A stretch of DNA of 63,950 nt, filler included, from Reticulomyxa filosa (lineage: Eukaryota; Protista; Foraminifera), in the NCBI GenBank assembly GCA_000512085.1. It is 16 parts of 16 records of this genome, joined end to end, with 100 filler letters (N's around TTAATTAATTAA, not from the genome) between each part and the next. Parts side by side here need not be neighbours in the genome. Positions count along the whole stretch, not along the records: positions 48,853 to 53,525 come from ASPP01011092.1; positions 53,626 to 54,657 come from ASPP01036091.1; positions 54,758 to 57,671 come from ASPP01018308.1; positions 57,772 to 58,846 come from ASPP01042044.1; positions 58,947 to 61,386 come from ASPP01008534.1; positions 61,487 to 62,593 come from ASPP01040083.1; positions 62,694 to 63,950 come from ASPP01025965.1; 9 more parts are not named here. One strand, 5' to 3'. A model generated the notes under the pieces. It was not told the origin of the DNA and did no database searches. It saw only the letters and a program-made list of their open reading frames with translations. This document shows positions 50,685-63,300 of this stretch, in pieces. Every line of letters starts with the position of its first letter. Within the stretch, counting starts at the first letter, position 1. Position numbers and translations under genes: made by a program.

Positions 50685-50998
50685 TTTTTTTTGTGTGTTG
50701 TCTTTTTTTTCCTCGTATCTTTTCTTTTGAAAAATTGGAGGAGACTGTGTAAATGTTTGCTAATTTGAACCGAATATTGTCGAAATGTGTTTTCTCCCTC
50801 TACTCCTTATTTTTTGCTATGGGCATTTTGTCAAGATCTATTGTGTTTGTGAAATATTAAAATTGTCACGTGCTGTGAAAAAAAATTAGAGTCGTATTTT
50901 TGCTCAATAACAAAGACCAGTCGTAGCAGTGCTTTTTTTGTAATGTGGAAACCCTTCAACTTATAATACCAGAATAATTTATTGCGAAATAAAAACAA

Positions 50999-52502
50999 AT
51001 GGACGCAGATGTAAGTTGTGGGTAGTTTGGTGACGCCCAATCAAGTAAATGATTTTGTTAAAAAAAAAAGCTAATAATAGATTTGGACAATCCAAACTAC
51101 AAAGTTCCTCCACTACGTGTAACCGATGAAGTGAAAAAAGAAGAGTCGCGTGACAAGGACACGAACCAAAGAAGGCCTCGTCGCTTTAGTGTGAGTGCAG
51201 AGGAGTCAAACGAGCACTCTCAAATAATAAAAGACGTTGTACGTAAGATCTATCCAAAAAAGCCAGAAGTGGTTGAACGAATCCGAAACTCGGTCAGTGA
51301 AATATTCATTTGGAAAGGTAATGTACTTTTTGTTATTGTTGACATTATGTATGCAAATGAGCCTATTAACTTATAATAAGACAGTATCAAACATCATAAT
51401 GGTATGTATTAATACAAATGGCAAATTGCATTGGGGTTGGAACATTGTTTAGGATTGGACAAAGAGCAGCAAAGCTCGTTAATTGACGCAATGTTTGAAA
51501 AGAAAGTCCGAAAAGGCGAAGACGTGATCAAGCAAGGCGACAAAGGAGACTATTTTTATGTGATCGAAAGTGGGATATTTGAGGTGTGGAAGGCTTCTGA
51601 CCCAAAGCAAGACTCCTTATCCAAGAAGATATTCCGCTATGATGGCAAAGGATCATTCGGCGAGTTGGCATTACTGTACAACGCTCCGCGAGCAGCCACA
51701 GTCCGCGCGGTTACCGACGGACTGCTTTGGGCTGTCGATGGCGAGACCTTTCGTTACATTATGATCTCCTCAAGAGCAAAAAAGCGTGCTCGTTTCGATG
51801 ATTTTTTGAAAACTGTTGATTTGTTCCGGAACATTGATGGTTCTTTTTTTTTTTTTTTTTTTAATTAATACAAATACTTTCTCACTTTTAACAAATGTTA
51901 CGTATAACCAAAATTGTTTTCTTTTTTTGGATGAAGATAATGTCCGAAGTCAGATAGCAGATATTTTGGAAGTATTTCAATTCGAAAAAGGAGAATATGT
52001 GATATCACAAGGTGACGAAAATGCGGAACATTTTTTTATTATTCAACACGGCAGTGTGGAAGTCACTTTGAATATGCCACGCTGGGATGATCATGCTCAT
52101 GCGAATACAATCACTACAACTCTTAGTCCGCATGCGAATTCTACTACTTTCACATCTGCTTTCAGCTCTCATATGACTTCGAATGGGGATAGCCATGGCC
52201 ATAGTAATAACAATGGAAATATCCATGGCAATGGCAACCACAATGGCAACAGAAAGTCGCACGAAAAGGAACGTGAAAAATATGTCAAAACATTGCGGGA
52301 GGGCTCCTATTTTGGGGAAAGGGCCTTGCTTTTGAATTGTGAAAGAAGTGCGAATATCATCGTTTCTTCTCAAGTCTTGCGATGTGTTGCTATGGACAAA
52401 GCATCTTTTTTGAGATTCATTGACAAGACTAGCGTTTATGACAAAGTACGTCGAAACATTGGACAGTACACTTTCACTGAAAAAATAACATACTCTTTCT
52501 GA
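50999..52502 (+). CDS. PKA-R: cAMP-dependent protein kinase regulatory subunit (no D/D domain), multi-exon
   Basis: Inhibitor site RRFSVSAE; CNB-A VIKQGDKGDYFYVIESG...FGELALLYNAPRAATV; CNB-B VISQGD..HFFIIQHG...FGERALLLNCERSANI. Start codon inferred. Confidence 0.93.
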
Positions 52503-53373
52503 TGCAGATCTTGTTGCTACTGAAAATCAGAGTGATAATGACGATTTTTTGATTTTTTTTTCATTTTGTTTTTTATGCTTTTTACACAAGCTTTTTGCGC
52601 TCGGTCATCACTTGAACTTTTTTATTTATTGCCTACTTTGTCAATTTAATTACATTAATCACTCAGATTTTTTCCAATTTCTTTCGTTGCTTTTTTGTTT
52701 TTGTTTTTTTTCGTTCAAAACAAAAATAATATGAAAATTTTGTTGTTTTATCATTCCCTTTTTGGATGGGCAATGGTCTTTCCGTTTCAAACTCAGGATT
52801 AGTTTTTTAACACGTTAGAATGACTATTATGGATGGTAATTTTTTTTTTAATTTCCAAACATGTTTATGTTTAAATTGGTTGAGATTGGTAAACAAGTGA
52901 AAGTTGTTCAAAATGACAAACAATAGCAAGTCAAAACATTATAGCAATATATTTGTTTTCCGATGAAATGAAGTAAGAAAAAAAGAAAGTAAAGACAAAA
53001 ACGCAACGAGATTATGACTTAAAATGTTCCTTCACGCTTCTAGTAACAAATACAGTAGGCACAACACCGCTAAGGTCAGCTTGCTTTGTTACTTGCACGA
53101 CTTCAATCAAATGTTCATATAGGTCTTGTAACACTGAATCATCCTAACCACATACATGCTATCAATTACATATAGTAATTACATAGATGTCGCCATACTA
53201 GTGTCTAGTATAGTAATCTTAAACTGGGGCTATACAATCGCAATCATATTTAATGTATAATAGTTTTGCAGTCATCACACAGTCAGTTTATATTGAAATT
53301 ATACTAAATCATATGCAATTTGGTACATTTGCGATACACTAGTTGAAATATATTATATCTAATGTTATATATA

Positions 53374-53498
53374 CAGTACGTTGCAAAGAAAACTGAACGC
53401 TTAAAACGATGTCTTATGATGATAATTGATTTTCCCATGAAAAATCAACATTTAGACCTAATTTTTTTTTTTTAATATATACAAATCTTGTAGTTTTT
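53374..53498 (+). mobile_element. Dispersed repeat, putative Tc1/mariner-type terminus (copy 2)
   Basis: TA|CAGTACGTTGCAAAGAAAACTGAACGC...GATGATAATTGATTTT...GAAAAATCAACA...GACCTAATTTT matches copy 1. Confidence 0.55.
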
Positions 53499-53625
53499 AA
53501 ATATGAAATTGGTTTTTTAATAACTNNNNNNNNNNNNNNNNNNNNNNNNNNNNNNNNNNNNNNNNNNNNTTAATTAATTAANNNNNNNNNNNNNNNNNNN
53601 NNNNNNNNNNNNNNNNNNNNNNNNN

Positions 53626-54000
53626 CGTTTGTGGGATATTCGATCTGGTCAACAAATTCAAGTATTCAAGGGGCATATATATGGAGTGACGTGTGTTGAA
53701 TATTCACCATTTGTAATAAAGAATAGTACTGATGTTATTGGCGGTAGTTCAAATGTGATATGTTCTGGGTCAATTGATAATACAATTCGTTTTTGGGATA
53801 TTCGATCAAATAAGAATGAATTGTGTGTTATCAAAGGAGATGATGAAAAAGATGAAGGAGTAATGTGTTTTAAGTTTTTACATTTAAAAAAGAATGAAAA
53901 GAAAAGCAAAAGCAATGATAACATTAGTTGTTGTATTAATCTATGTTACAGTTCATGCAGTGGTTTGATTCGTATTTGGGGTAGTGAAAATGCTTTTTGA
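53626..54000 (+). CDS. WD40 repeat protein, 3' fragment (same family as 1068-3085)
   Basis: LWDIRSGQQIQVFKGH...EYSPF...NVICSGSIDNTIRFWDIRSNK...CFKF...NLCY...IRIWG, a close paralog of the end of the first gene. Confidence 0.9.
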   Translation, partial: RLWDIRSGQQIQVFKGHIYGVTCVEYSPFVIKNSTDVIGGSSNVICSGSIDNTIRFWDIRSNKNELCVIKGDDEKDEGVMCFKFLHLKKNEKKSKSNDNISCCINLCYSSCSGLIRIWGSENAF

Positions 54001-54757
54001 CTGATTTAATTTTAAATGAATTAAAAGAGATTAATTTTCCTTGGCAAATCTACATATATTTCAATCTTTTTTTTAAATTGGAAAGTTATGAAAGTGATAC
54101 AGATACGACTGTAGCTTAAAATAATATTCTATTGAAAAGATAGTTCTTTTTTTGATAATTTATTTCATGATAAATAAAAAAAGCAAGAAAATTAAAGTAA
54201 TACTAAAAAGTAAAATATTTTTAAAAAAATAAAATGTGTCTTGAAATACTTGAAGATTGTAGATATTTTTTAAATAAAGAAAAAAGGTTGTTTTTCACAT
54301 GGAAAATTTTTTATTTTCATAAAGTACCATTTCGTGTATCAAACTTTTGTCCCTATCTGTATACAAAAGCATTCGTTTTTCTGATATCAAAGATAATTAG
54401 CAATTGCAGTTTCAATTGACACACAAACTGTGTACCATCTTGTGAAATGATCTACCTTATTTTAGTCTAAATGAATAACAAATAAGAGCATATTATTTGA
54501 AATGTAATAGTTTGTGTGTATTGAACAACTAAATTTAATTCCTTATGCAAGAGAAATGAAATTATAACAAACAAAATAATTGTAAAAAATGTAAGACGTT
54601 ATCCCCAAACACAAATAGGGCCCTTCTTTGAACCATAACACAAATTGAAGCCACAATNNNNNNNNNNNNNNNNNNNNNNNNNNNNNNNNNNNNNNNNNNN
54701 NTTAATTAATTAANNNNNNNNNNNNNNNNNNNNNNNNNNNNNNNNNNNNNNNNNNNN

Positions 54758-55122
54758 CATAGCCACCGCGTCCGCCACCGCCCCACCATACCCGCCACGT
54801 CCGCCATAACCACCGCCCCCTCCGTAACCACCGCCACCTTCTCCGTAACCACTGCCACTTCCCCCGTAACCACTGCCACTTCCCCCGTAACTACCGCCAC
54901 TTCCTCCGTAACTACTGCCACTTCCTCCGTAACCACTGCCACCTCCGCCATAACCACCACTGCCACCTTGATCTCTTCCATGTCGGCTTCGGCTTCGGTC
55001 GTCATCGTCGTGGTGACGTTCTTGGTATCTTCCGTGTTCTCGGTTGCGACTGTTGCTTCTTGCACCACGGTCATCTCTTGGAGGGTATCGATTGCCTCCG
55101 CCACCATAGTGGCGGCTGCTGT
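54758..55122 (-). CDS. Gly/Tyr-rich (GGYGG) RGG-type low-complexity exon, probably from an RNA-binding protein; partial
   Basis: Tandem 21-bp-period GYGGSGS repeats, an RGG motif and an RS/RD patch. Begins after an A-run + AG acceptor at 55123. Confidence 0.55.
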
Positions 55123-56308
55123 CTTTTTTTTTTTTTTTTTTTTTTGGTAGACAGCAAAAAAAAAATTTTATGTTTTTGTACTGATTTCTTTTTTTTATCT
55201 TTTTTTTTAAAAAGCACACTCAAAACGGTGATGCCACAAAAGAAGAACAAAAAAGATGTTGGCTATTGTACCATATTTTTCGTTTGGATTCATTATTTTG
55301 AACTGCAAGAAACCTAAACACGCAAGGGTGTAAAGACGAACTTCAAAATTTGCTGCCTTGTTTTTTTCTAAAAAAAACAAACGGCAGGAACTTGGGAGTG
55401 CTGTTGTCGTCCCCGTGCATCAGATTCAAAATAATCATCATCACAGGAACAGAGACTGACTCACTCTTCGGCTTTTTTTTTTTTTTTTGTGTTATACGTA
55501 CGGATTGTTGATTTTTGTGATTCAAACTTTTCCGACATATGCACGGAATGTCTGTGGATAAAAAGCACACGCAAAAAAAAAAGTATTAACACTTTGTCAA
55601 ACAATTTTGACAAGCTAAAGAGCTTTTCAAATACTGGAAATCGTGAATTTAATTGTAAAAAGTTTAACAATGTTTTTCAAAAAACTATATAAATCCGACT
55701 GCTCCTCACAAACAATTATCCTTACGGAAATCACTTCTTTGTTACAAAATTGTTTATTTTTGAATCAGACAATCCAGCACTATCCTCATTATCCGTAAAT
55801 GCAATTATCAAGTTGTAATTTAAGTTTCTTTTTAGTGATTCATGTTCAACTGCTTTACAAAAAACTAAGAGAGGTCTTGGAAAGAAGACAAAGAAGGAAG
55901 AAATTTGAGGAAAAAAAATCGTTATATTGTGCGGAAAAACGGTCAAATTTTCCAAATTATTCAACGAGAATTTAGACATAAAACAAATAACAGCAAAAAC
56001 AGAAAATCATTAACGAAAAAAGGATCCCGAACAACGAGTTTACTGCCTGTAATGTTTGTGTTTAACATAAAAAAGAACCTGTGGATGCAGAAATATCAGT
56101 GGCCAACCTAAGAACAATAAAATCCAGTGTTGTCTAAGCTCCAAAGCTTAAATATAAAATCAAGTAAAAAACATCTAAAATTCCTCATAAGGTTGGCCGT
56201 TTTGCTTTCTTTCCCCATACAAGGACGGTCTGTTCACATACTGTAAGACGTTGTGCTAGCAAAAGTTTTTAAAAAAGGAGTTAGCGTAAGCTTTTTTTCA
56301 AGCTCAAA

Positions 56309-57500
56309 CATGCAAAAAGATACATCTCAAACGAATAATTCATTATTAATAGCTCAACCACTAATTTTGGGGCTCATCAATTTGTGGAACTTGTCTCTCA
56401 AGCGAGCCTTGAGTCTCCTTGGTTTGACGAAAGTTCAAAAGTAGTGACAGCTCAGAGAATTGAGTGGACATGTTACATATGTTTTACCAATATAAGTAAT
56501 CGTGAGAACCATAGTGTATTGACAATCAAGCCTTGTGTGTCATCAGTGTCACAAGGATTTACGACTTATCTATCGTCATTTTCGAATTGGTTTTCAAAGA
56601 ATGAGAAAGAAAAAAGCGATGAAGCAGATGTAATCGTGTTGCCACTTTGGTACCAGTTATCTCTTTCAAAAACAAATAACAGATTTGAACTTCAAATTCA
56701 GGGTCAGAACAAAGCATATTTCGAAGATTCGTCACCACTTGTCGTCAAAGGAAAGACAAAAAAACCAATTCCAGTATTTAAACGAATTAAAGTCGATATC
56801 AAAGTACAAATCAATCAATCACATCAGGCTGTCGGTCTGTATTCATATATAATATACATGTACATATCTGCATATGTGTACATATATGCATATGTGTAAT
56901 GGACATGTTTGAAAAAATTGACAATGAAACATAAAACAAAAAAAAAAATAAAAAAATAAAAAAATAAAAAAATAAAAAAATAAAAAAGATATTTCGCTGT
57001 TTGTCAATGATGAACGATTTTTTCACCAATGCAAAGTTAAAACATTAAAAAAAAAAAAAAAAAAGAGATTTGTTGTTGCTGTTGTTGTTAAAACAATTGG
57101 CAATGTTTTAAGGGAATTGAAATAAACAGTATGAAATATTTGTAAATATGTACATGTATATGTATATGTGTGTACGTAATGTATATACGTAAGTGCATGC
57201 AAATGCTACTATTTATGTGTCCATGCACGTAGTTGAACCAAACAATGAAGAAGCAATTTGCACTGGCAAAGTATCACCAAGTTGTGATTGGTCTTATGTC
57301 GCAAACACAGAAAATGGGGGTGGAAGGTGTGATCGGCCCTCTTTCGGTTCGTTTCGATGCGAGCGACACCTTTGTGGAAGAAGAGCGCACTGTGCAAAAA
57401 CAACGCGAACATGAACATAAACACAATGACGAAAACAAAGACGGAGATGAAGATGAAGACAAAGCAAAGAGTGGAAATGTTGGTGTCAAATTTCATATTT
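56309..57500 (+). CDS. Hypothetical protein, multi-exon, partial
   Basis: ORFs 56384-56899 and 57233-57480 separated by a TATG-microsatellite/A-rich intron. No recognisable motif. Confidence 0.35.
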
Positions 57501-57879
57501 TGTATGTTTGTTTGTTTGTTTGTTTGTTTGTTTTTTTTGTAGTCACAATTATTTGTGTAATGCATTTTATTTTGTATACGTGTACATGCATATACATATG
57601 TATATACGTATATACATATATGTACATACATGTATGTATGTGTATGTAATGCACTAATTTTTTTTTTTTTTNNNNNNNNNNNNNNNNNNNNNNNNNNNNN
57701 NNNNNNNNNNNNNNNTTAATTAATTAANNNNNNNNNNNNNNNNNNNNNNNNNNNNNNNNNNNNNNNNNNNNGCATCACCGACACCATGCAGCTAGCAAAG
57801 GGTCCCACTCCACATTTGTTCCAATCAAATGCAACAAAATAATATATACATATACATATATGTTGTTGTTATCATATAA

Positions 57880-58846
57880 TAAACTAACCTTTTGCGTAAA
57901 ATGTCGATTAATTCATTAGATGGAATTTCATCGATACCAGCCGGGTTTTGCGTAGCGAATATGATAAAATCATGGTGATAGCGCACCACTTCTTGTGTTT
58001 CCGTCATGAGCAGTTCTCTATTGTCGTCCAATAATCGGTTCAATGCATCTAGCACTTCACTCGGTGCCAAGTTTAATTCGTCCAAGATTACCCACCAGCC
58101 ATTTCGCATGGCTTTGATCAATATATCTTTTTTTTTTTCAAAAAGACATATTGACACATATACATACATATATATTTGTAATGAAGGGCTAAACAGTAAA
58201 AGGAGACAATCTGACTGCAGATGCTTGTCTCTTGTGCTCAAGATAAAGGTAATCATTTCCAAGTCGCTATGTTCTTCAATTTCATTTACGTACAGTTCGG
58301 TGAAATGATTGGGAAGATAGCCTGCCAAATTCTTTTTGCCGTAATCTGTCGGTGGATTCATATTTGCAAATAATCGAAAGTTGGGATGTCTCGGAATGCA
58401 CTTGATATCTCCCTTTTCAATGAGCACCACACTGTTGGTGTGATTGCCGTACTCGTCGGTACTGCATCCATTGTCCAAAATGCCGCAGATACATCCCAGT
58501 GCCTCGCTGTTGGCCAAGTTGATTTACGTCCAGTGCCCCTTTACTACGCACTCGATCAAAAGACCCTTCACAAATGCAAATGGGAATTAGTCACGAGTTT
58601 TGTGTAGCATTTGTTTCAAGACGTATACTTTGTCTTTCAGTCGTTGCCATTCGCGTTTCAATGTTTCACTTTCCGTCGTCGTCGTCAGCTTCGGTCGTGT
58701 GTTCAATGTAGATTCTCTTTCTTTTTCGTCTGTCGTTGTTTCATTCTTGTTGCACAGAAACATCAATTGTCCGTCGTCTCCTCTCAACTCTGGCGTGCTT
58801 TGCGTCAACAGACGCTCCACGCTATCTGGATCCAAGTTGAAGAAGC
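57880..58846 (-). pseudogene. MDN1: Midasin (MDN1/Rea1) AAA3-AAA4 fragment with internal deletions and a stop
   Basis: FAFVKGLLIECVVKGHWT*INLA (Walker B lost); HPNFRLFANMNPPTDYGKK; AMRNGWWVILDELNLAPSEVLDALNRLLDDNREL...FATQNPAG, followed directly by IDEIPSNEL. Confidence 0.75.
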
Positions 58847-58946
58847 NNNNNNNNNNNNNNNNNNNNNNNNNNNNNNNNNNNNNNNNNNNNTTAATTAATT
58901 AANNNNNNNNNNNNNNNNNNNNNNNNNNNNNNNNNNNNNNNNNNNN

Positions 58947-58980
<34 letters not shown>

Positions 58981-59011
58981 TATACATATACATATGTATA
59001 TATTATTATTG

Positions 59012-60451
59012 TTACATCGACCAATGAAGAGTCAAACGTTCAATAAAAAAGGGTAGAGAAAACATAGAGCAAATCAAGTTAACCTCCTCACTTGTCGTTC
59101 GTCCATTGCACACTAAATACCAATGGAATCCAGCTAATCCAATAACGAACCACATTCCAGCGAATACATACAACCCACAAACCACGGCAATGGGTTGCTT
59201 TGATATCGTTTTGACAAAGAGTGGCCATCCACCGGCTGATGATAGATCGGCCGCAGTTAAATAAAGTAAGTACGCACAAAACGCCAGTGTCCACAGCGCT
59301 ACTATAACCGTGCTGTTTACAAACAATGAAAACGCGCCATAATTGCGCAGTCCTATGCAGTTTCCGATCCATGGACAGTCTATGTTGCATCCATTTGTGT
59401 TCTTGTCTATTCATTCTTTTTATTTTTTTTTTCCCCCCCCCCCCCCCTAAAAAAAAAAAAAAATTTTTTTTAACCTTCCCTCTTTTGTATACGTAATTCT
59501 GACACATTTTCCTTTTCTCACTCCCCCCTATTTTCCCCTTTCTCTTTTCTCTCTCTCTCTCTCTCCTCTTCTTTTCTCTTAGTCCCTCAACATATGCTAT
59601 GGAATACATGCAAGACCACATATATGGCATGCGTTTTTTTTGTTGTTGTTTATTTGTGTTTGTTTGTTATGAATTAAACGATGGTCAAATCGCTCCACAC
59701 AATTATTGCAGGTCCCGCAATGAAAGGCACGAGGAGGCCGAAATATTCGACAAGTCACTTTGATGGTGCGTTTTTTTTTTTTTTTTTTTTTTAGGGATTA
59801 AAAAAAAAAAAAAAGTCGAAGTTGCGATAAACATTCGAAAGGGATGCAAACGCGACATCATATAACACAACACACACAGAACATACTGCACCACTTCATT
59901 TCGATCGTCTTGCCAGAAATATGCACGAATTGACGCGAAACTTTAGGCCCTGCCCATCTGTCGCTGGCTGTTTTGCTCAGTATCTCTCGTGGGATTATTC
60001 CCGGATCACTGAATGCTGTCCTTGTTAACGAACACAAAGAAACAAACAGCAGGACCACGTCGACTATCAACGGAAACCACAAATTGAAGTTCAATCCTAA
60101 TGGTGGACCTCTTGCCATTTTGTGAAAGTAGCCCATTAAGTCGAGTGATCGATTATGCAACAACAACCCCCCCAAAAAATAAAACACAAAAAATATGCCA
60201 CGTCCGAGCTGTCTCTTTGCTTCCTTGCTCTTCAAAGGATCGTTTTTTTTTTTGTTGTTGTTGCATAGTTTCAAACAAAGATTTATAGTCGGGGAAACTT
60301 ACACTCCCGCTGTAAACAAAGCCCCTGGAATAAATATCAATATAAATGTGCCGAGATAATTATACTTCTGTGAGGGCCCGATAATACGCCCTTGACAAAG
60401 TGTTATATTCCTTCCATTCCAAGAGTGGACACCTCTTCTTTTTGCTTCCAT
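59012..60451 (-). CDS. DHHC palmitoyltransferase (ZDHHC9/14/18, Erf2-like), multi-exon, 3' partial
   Basis: [14 protein letters not shown]; FSDPGIIPR; [27 protein letters not shown]|[14 protein letters not shown]; [15 protein letters not shown]. Confidence 0.93.
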
Positions 60452-60803
60452 GGAATTTGTTGAGAGGCGGAAAACTTTTTTCCGTTTTTCGTTTTTCATT
60501 TTTTTTTTTTTGTTGTTTAATCGGGCAGACGTAATAGTTTCAAAATTTCTGAAACATGCGGCGAAACTGAAATGGCATTGTTGTCCATGATTGAAGCGAT
60601 TCACGAGCTGTTCCCAAAAAAACGAGGTATAGCATCTCTGGGAAGCGAAAGGAGTGTCAACAATGCATTAAAAATCTGAAAACGCTCTAGTTTTGAAAAA
60701 TTGTTGCAGGAAAATTGAATTGTGAAGATTGATTCTGTTTATTCCCTTTTTTTTCCCCCCCAAAAAAATTGTTGAAGTTCTTAAAAAATAATTCCCCCTT
60801 GTC

Positions 60804-61345
60804 ATGCTCGCAAGGTATCTCTCTCTAATAATTTTCTATCAAAAATGCTTCTAATTATCTGTCTTTAAATCCGTGTTTTGTAACTGTGGTTACTATAGTA
60901 TTTTGCCTCCGCCTCGTCATACTTACTCGAGGCCAACAGACGACAGCGTTTCGGTTAATCCATGGGCAAATTCTGTTTAGTGCAGTTGGAGGATTTGTGT
61001 TCCTTTGACACCAACTAATTGGAAAAAAAGAAGGAAGAGGGCACAAAGTAATAAATATTTTATCCCCAGCACAAATGCAAACACACATAGAATAACGGGG
61101 CAGTGGTTGCCGCGAACACGCGCATTCCGCCGTATGGACAAAGAGAGGGATATGTGCCACGAGACGTAGAAGACTTTGGGGACGGTGGTGCATTTCCGGA
61201 GATTCATATTAAGCAATACCCGTTGGATATGGGACGACAGGATAAAAAAAAAAGTAACAACGGCACCGTCGCATTACGCGTGGACGCCGATGGCCAAGTG
61301 AGACACGACGCGGTCTTGAGACAAGGGATGCGAACCAATCAAATA
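60804..61345 (+). CDS. SNW1: SNW1/SKIP/Prp45 splicing factor, 5' part
   Basis: Inferred start MLAS|ILPPPRH; IPPYGQREGYVPRDVEDFGDGGAFPEIHIKQYPLDMGR...ALRVDADGQVRHDAVLRQG. Divergent from the DHHC gene. Confidence 0.93.
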
Positions 61346-61350
61346 GTTTC

Positions 61351-61386
<36 letters not shown>

Positions 61387-61486
61387 NNNNNNNNNNNNNN
61401 NNNNNNNNNNNNNNNNNNNNNNNNNNNNNNTTAATTAATTAANNNNNNNNNNNNNNNNNNNNNNNNNNNNNNNNNNNNNNNNNNNN

Positions 61487-62593
61487 ATCCACTGCAATCA
61501 ATTGCACATTCACAACATGTCCTAAAAATTTAATTAAAGATGTTTTTCCACATCCAGTTTCACCCATCAAAATCACAGGAGTATTCGTTTGAATTTTCAT
61601 AAAAATGGCAATCATTTTCAGAATGTTGTCAAATGTCAATACATAATTCGACAATTCTTCATCATTGCATAATTTATTCACAATTTGATCATGAAGACCC
61701 TCTGCTGTTTCCACTTTTTTCTCTTCACAATCTTTCATTATTCTCTGATTTTGAATTCCCAAAATGCGAAACAATAATCTCAGTCGTTTTTCTTTTTCAG
61801 TTTGTGACTCTGGTTCTTTCATCTTGGATTATTTTTTTTGTCATCAAAATTGTGAAAACGTAACATTCGAAATAAAACAAACAATATTCAAAACTTGCAA
61901 AGCCAATTCTCTTTCTGTCAAATCTTTTTGCCAATCGAGTAAATGAAATCCCAATTTTTGGAATTCATCCAATTGTTTTTGACTCACTTTTTTTTTGTTA
62001 CTAATCAATACCGAAATACTTTCTGTCGAAAAACAAATGAATAAATAACACAAAAAGTACTGATCGCAAATGCATATATACAAAAAATTAACCTCTGTCT
62101 TGGTTGACCAAGAAACAACATTCTTTGGAATTATGCCATTTTTCACATAAATAAAACTCTTCTTCACCAGTACTTTCAATTTTTTGTTCTATTTCTTCCA
62201 CATTCAGTTTTATGTGATTATATTGATGATAGCATAATATGTTGGCCATCTCAATCACTGATTTGGTAATTTCATGTTTCCATTGCATTGACTTTTTATC
62301 AGCTTCTAAAAATTGTTTCTTCAAAAATGTTGATTGTGCTAAGGATAAAAATTGTTGATACAAATATTTGAAAAAAGAACGCTGATGTGCGGGACTCGAA
62401 TTCGCTATTTCATTGAAATATTTTTCCATAAATCTTCTCATTCCACTCTTTTCAAGATCGAGCATGGTATCGGGATCAATATCTCTTGGAAATATACATA
62501 CAAACATTTTTTGTTTTTTGGTGGGAAAATGTAAAACAAAAATAGTTTAAAAGAACTTAAAATTTCCATTGAAAAATTCTTGCATCCATTTGA
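61487..62593 (-). CDS. RNF213/mysterin-like giant AAA+ ATPase, internal fragment
   Basis: YVLTFDNILKMIAIFMKIQTNTPVILMGETGCGKTSLIKFL closely follows the RNF213 AAA segment (YxLTxDNxLKxxAIxxR...PVIIMGETGCGKTxLIKFL). Confidence 0.8.
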
Positions 62594-62693
62594 NNNNNNN
62601 NNNNNNNNNNNNNNNNNNNNNNNNNNNNNNNNNNNNNTTAATTAATTAANNNNNNNNNNNNNNNNNNNNNNNNNNNNNNNNNNNNNNNNNNNN

Positions 62694-63300
62694 TTGTAAT
62701 TGCTTATTATGTTTGAAATCCCAAAAACGAATGGTTTTGTCAAATGATGAAGAACAAATGACATTTTGACGATGATTATAACAATGATATGATGAAAATT
62801 TCACACAAAACACAGAATTTGAATGTCCATTGAATGATTGGATTTGTTTGTTGTTATCAACATCCCATACACGAACTGTTTTATCATTTGATCCAGAGCA
62901 AATGAATTGACAGTCATCAAATGTTAAACAATCAATACTCCACACATAACTAGTATGTCCAATGAATGTATTGATTAATTTGGATGATGAGCGAAATGTT
63001 TCAAACATGAAGACAGAATATACCTATGTTAAATAAACATTGACTGATATTTAGAAAAAAGGAAGAACAAATGAACTAACATAATTGACAACAAGTTTGT
63101 CAAACTCACGAATCCATCCTAATTTGATTTTCAATATTCGAATCCAATGTTGTATGATTACTTGAATTCTTTCTTCTTTAGACTGTTTAAATCACAAATT
63201 ACATACAATAAATAAAGTCAACAGACTTTCTGAAAGCTTGTAATAAGCTTACCAATGCTAGTTGGGTTGAAATTCGCTTCTCATTGACAAGAGTTGTCAT
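62694..63300 (-). CDS. WD40 repeat protein, 5' part (family N-terminus IQHWIRILKIKLGWI)
   Basis: FETFRSSSKLINTFIGHTSYVWSID...CSGSNDKTVRVWD...SSSFDKTIRFWD is a close paralog of 1999-2300, but with a different short N-terminal exon set. Confidence 0.85.

Noticed and set aside
57140-57660. TATG/TATAC and GTTT tandem tracts as telomeric or functional repeats
   Set aside because: Imperfect intronic microsatellites of the kind seen in many introns in this window.
5072-62693. Regularly recurring TTAATTAATTAA palindrome as a biological repeat or CRISPR-like array
   Set aside because: It is always centred in exactly 44+44 Ns, so it is an artificial joining linker. Gene neighbourhoods across linkers carry no meaning.
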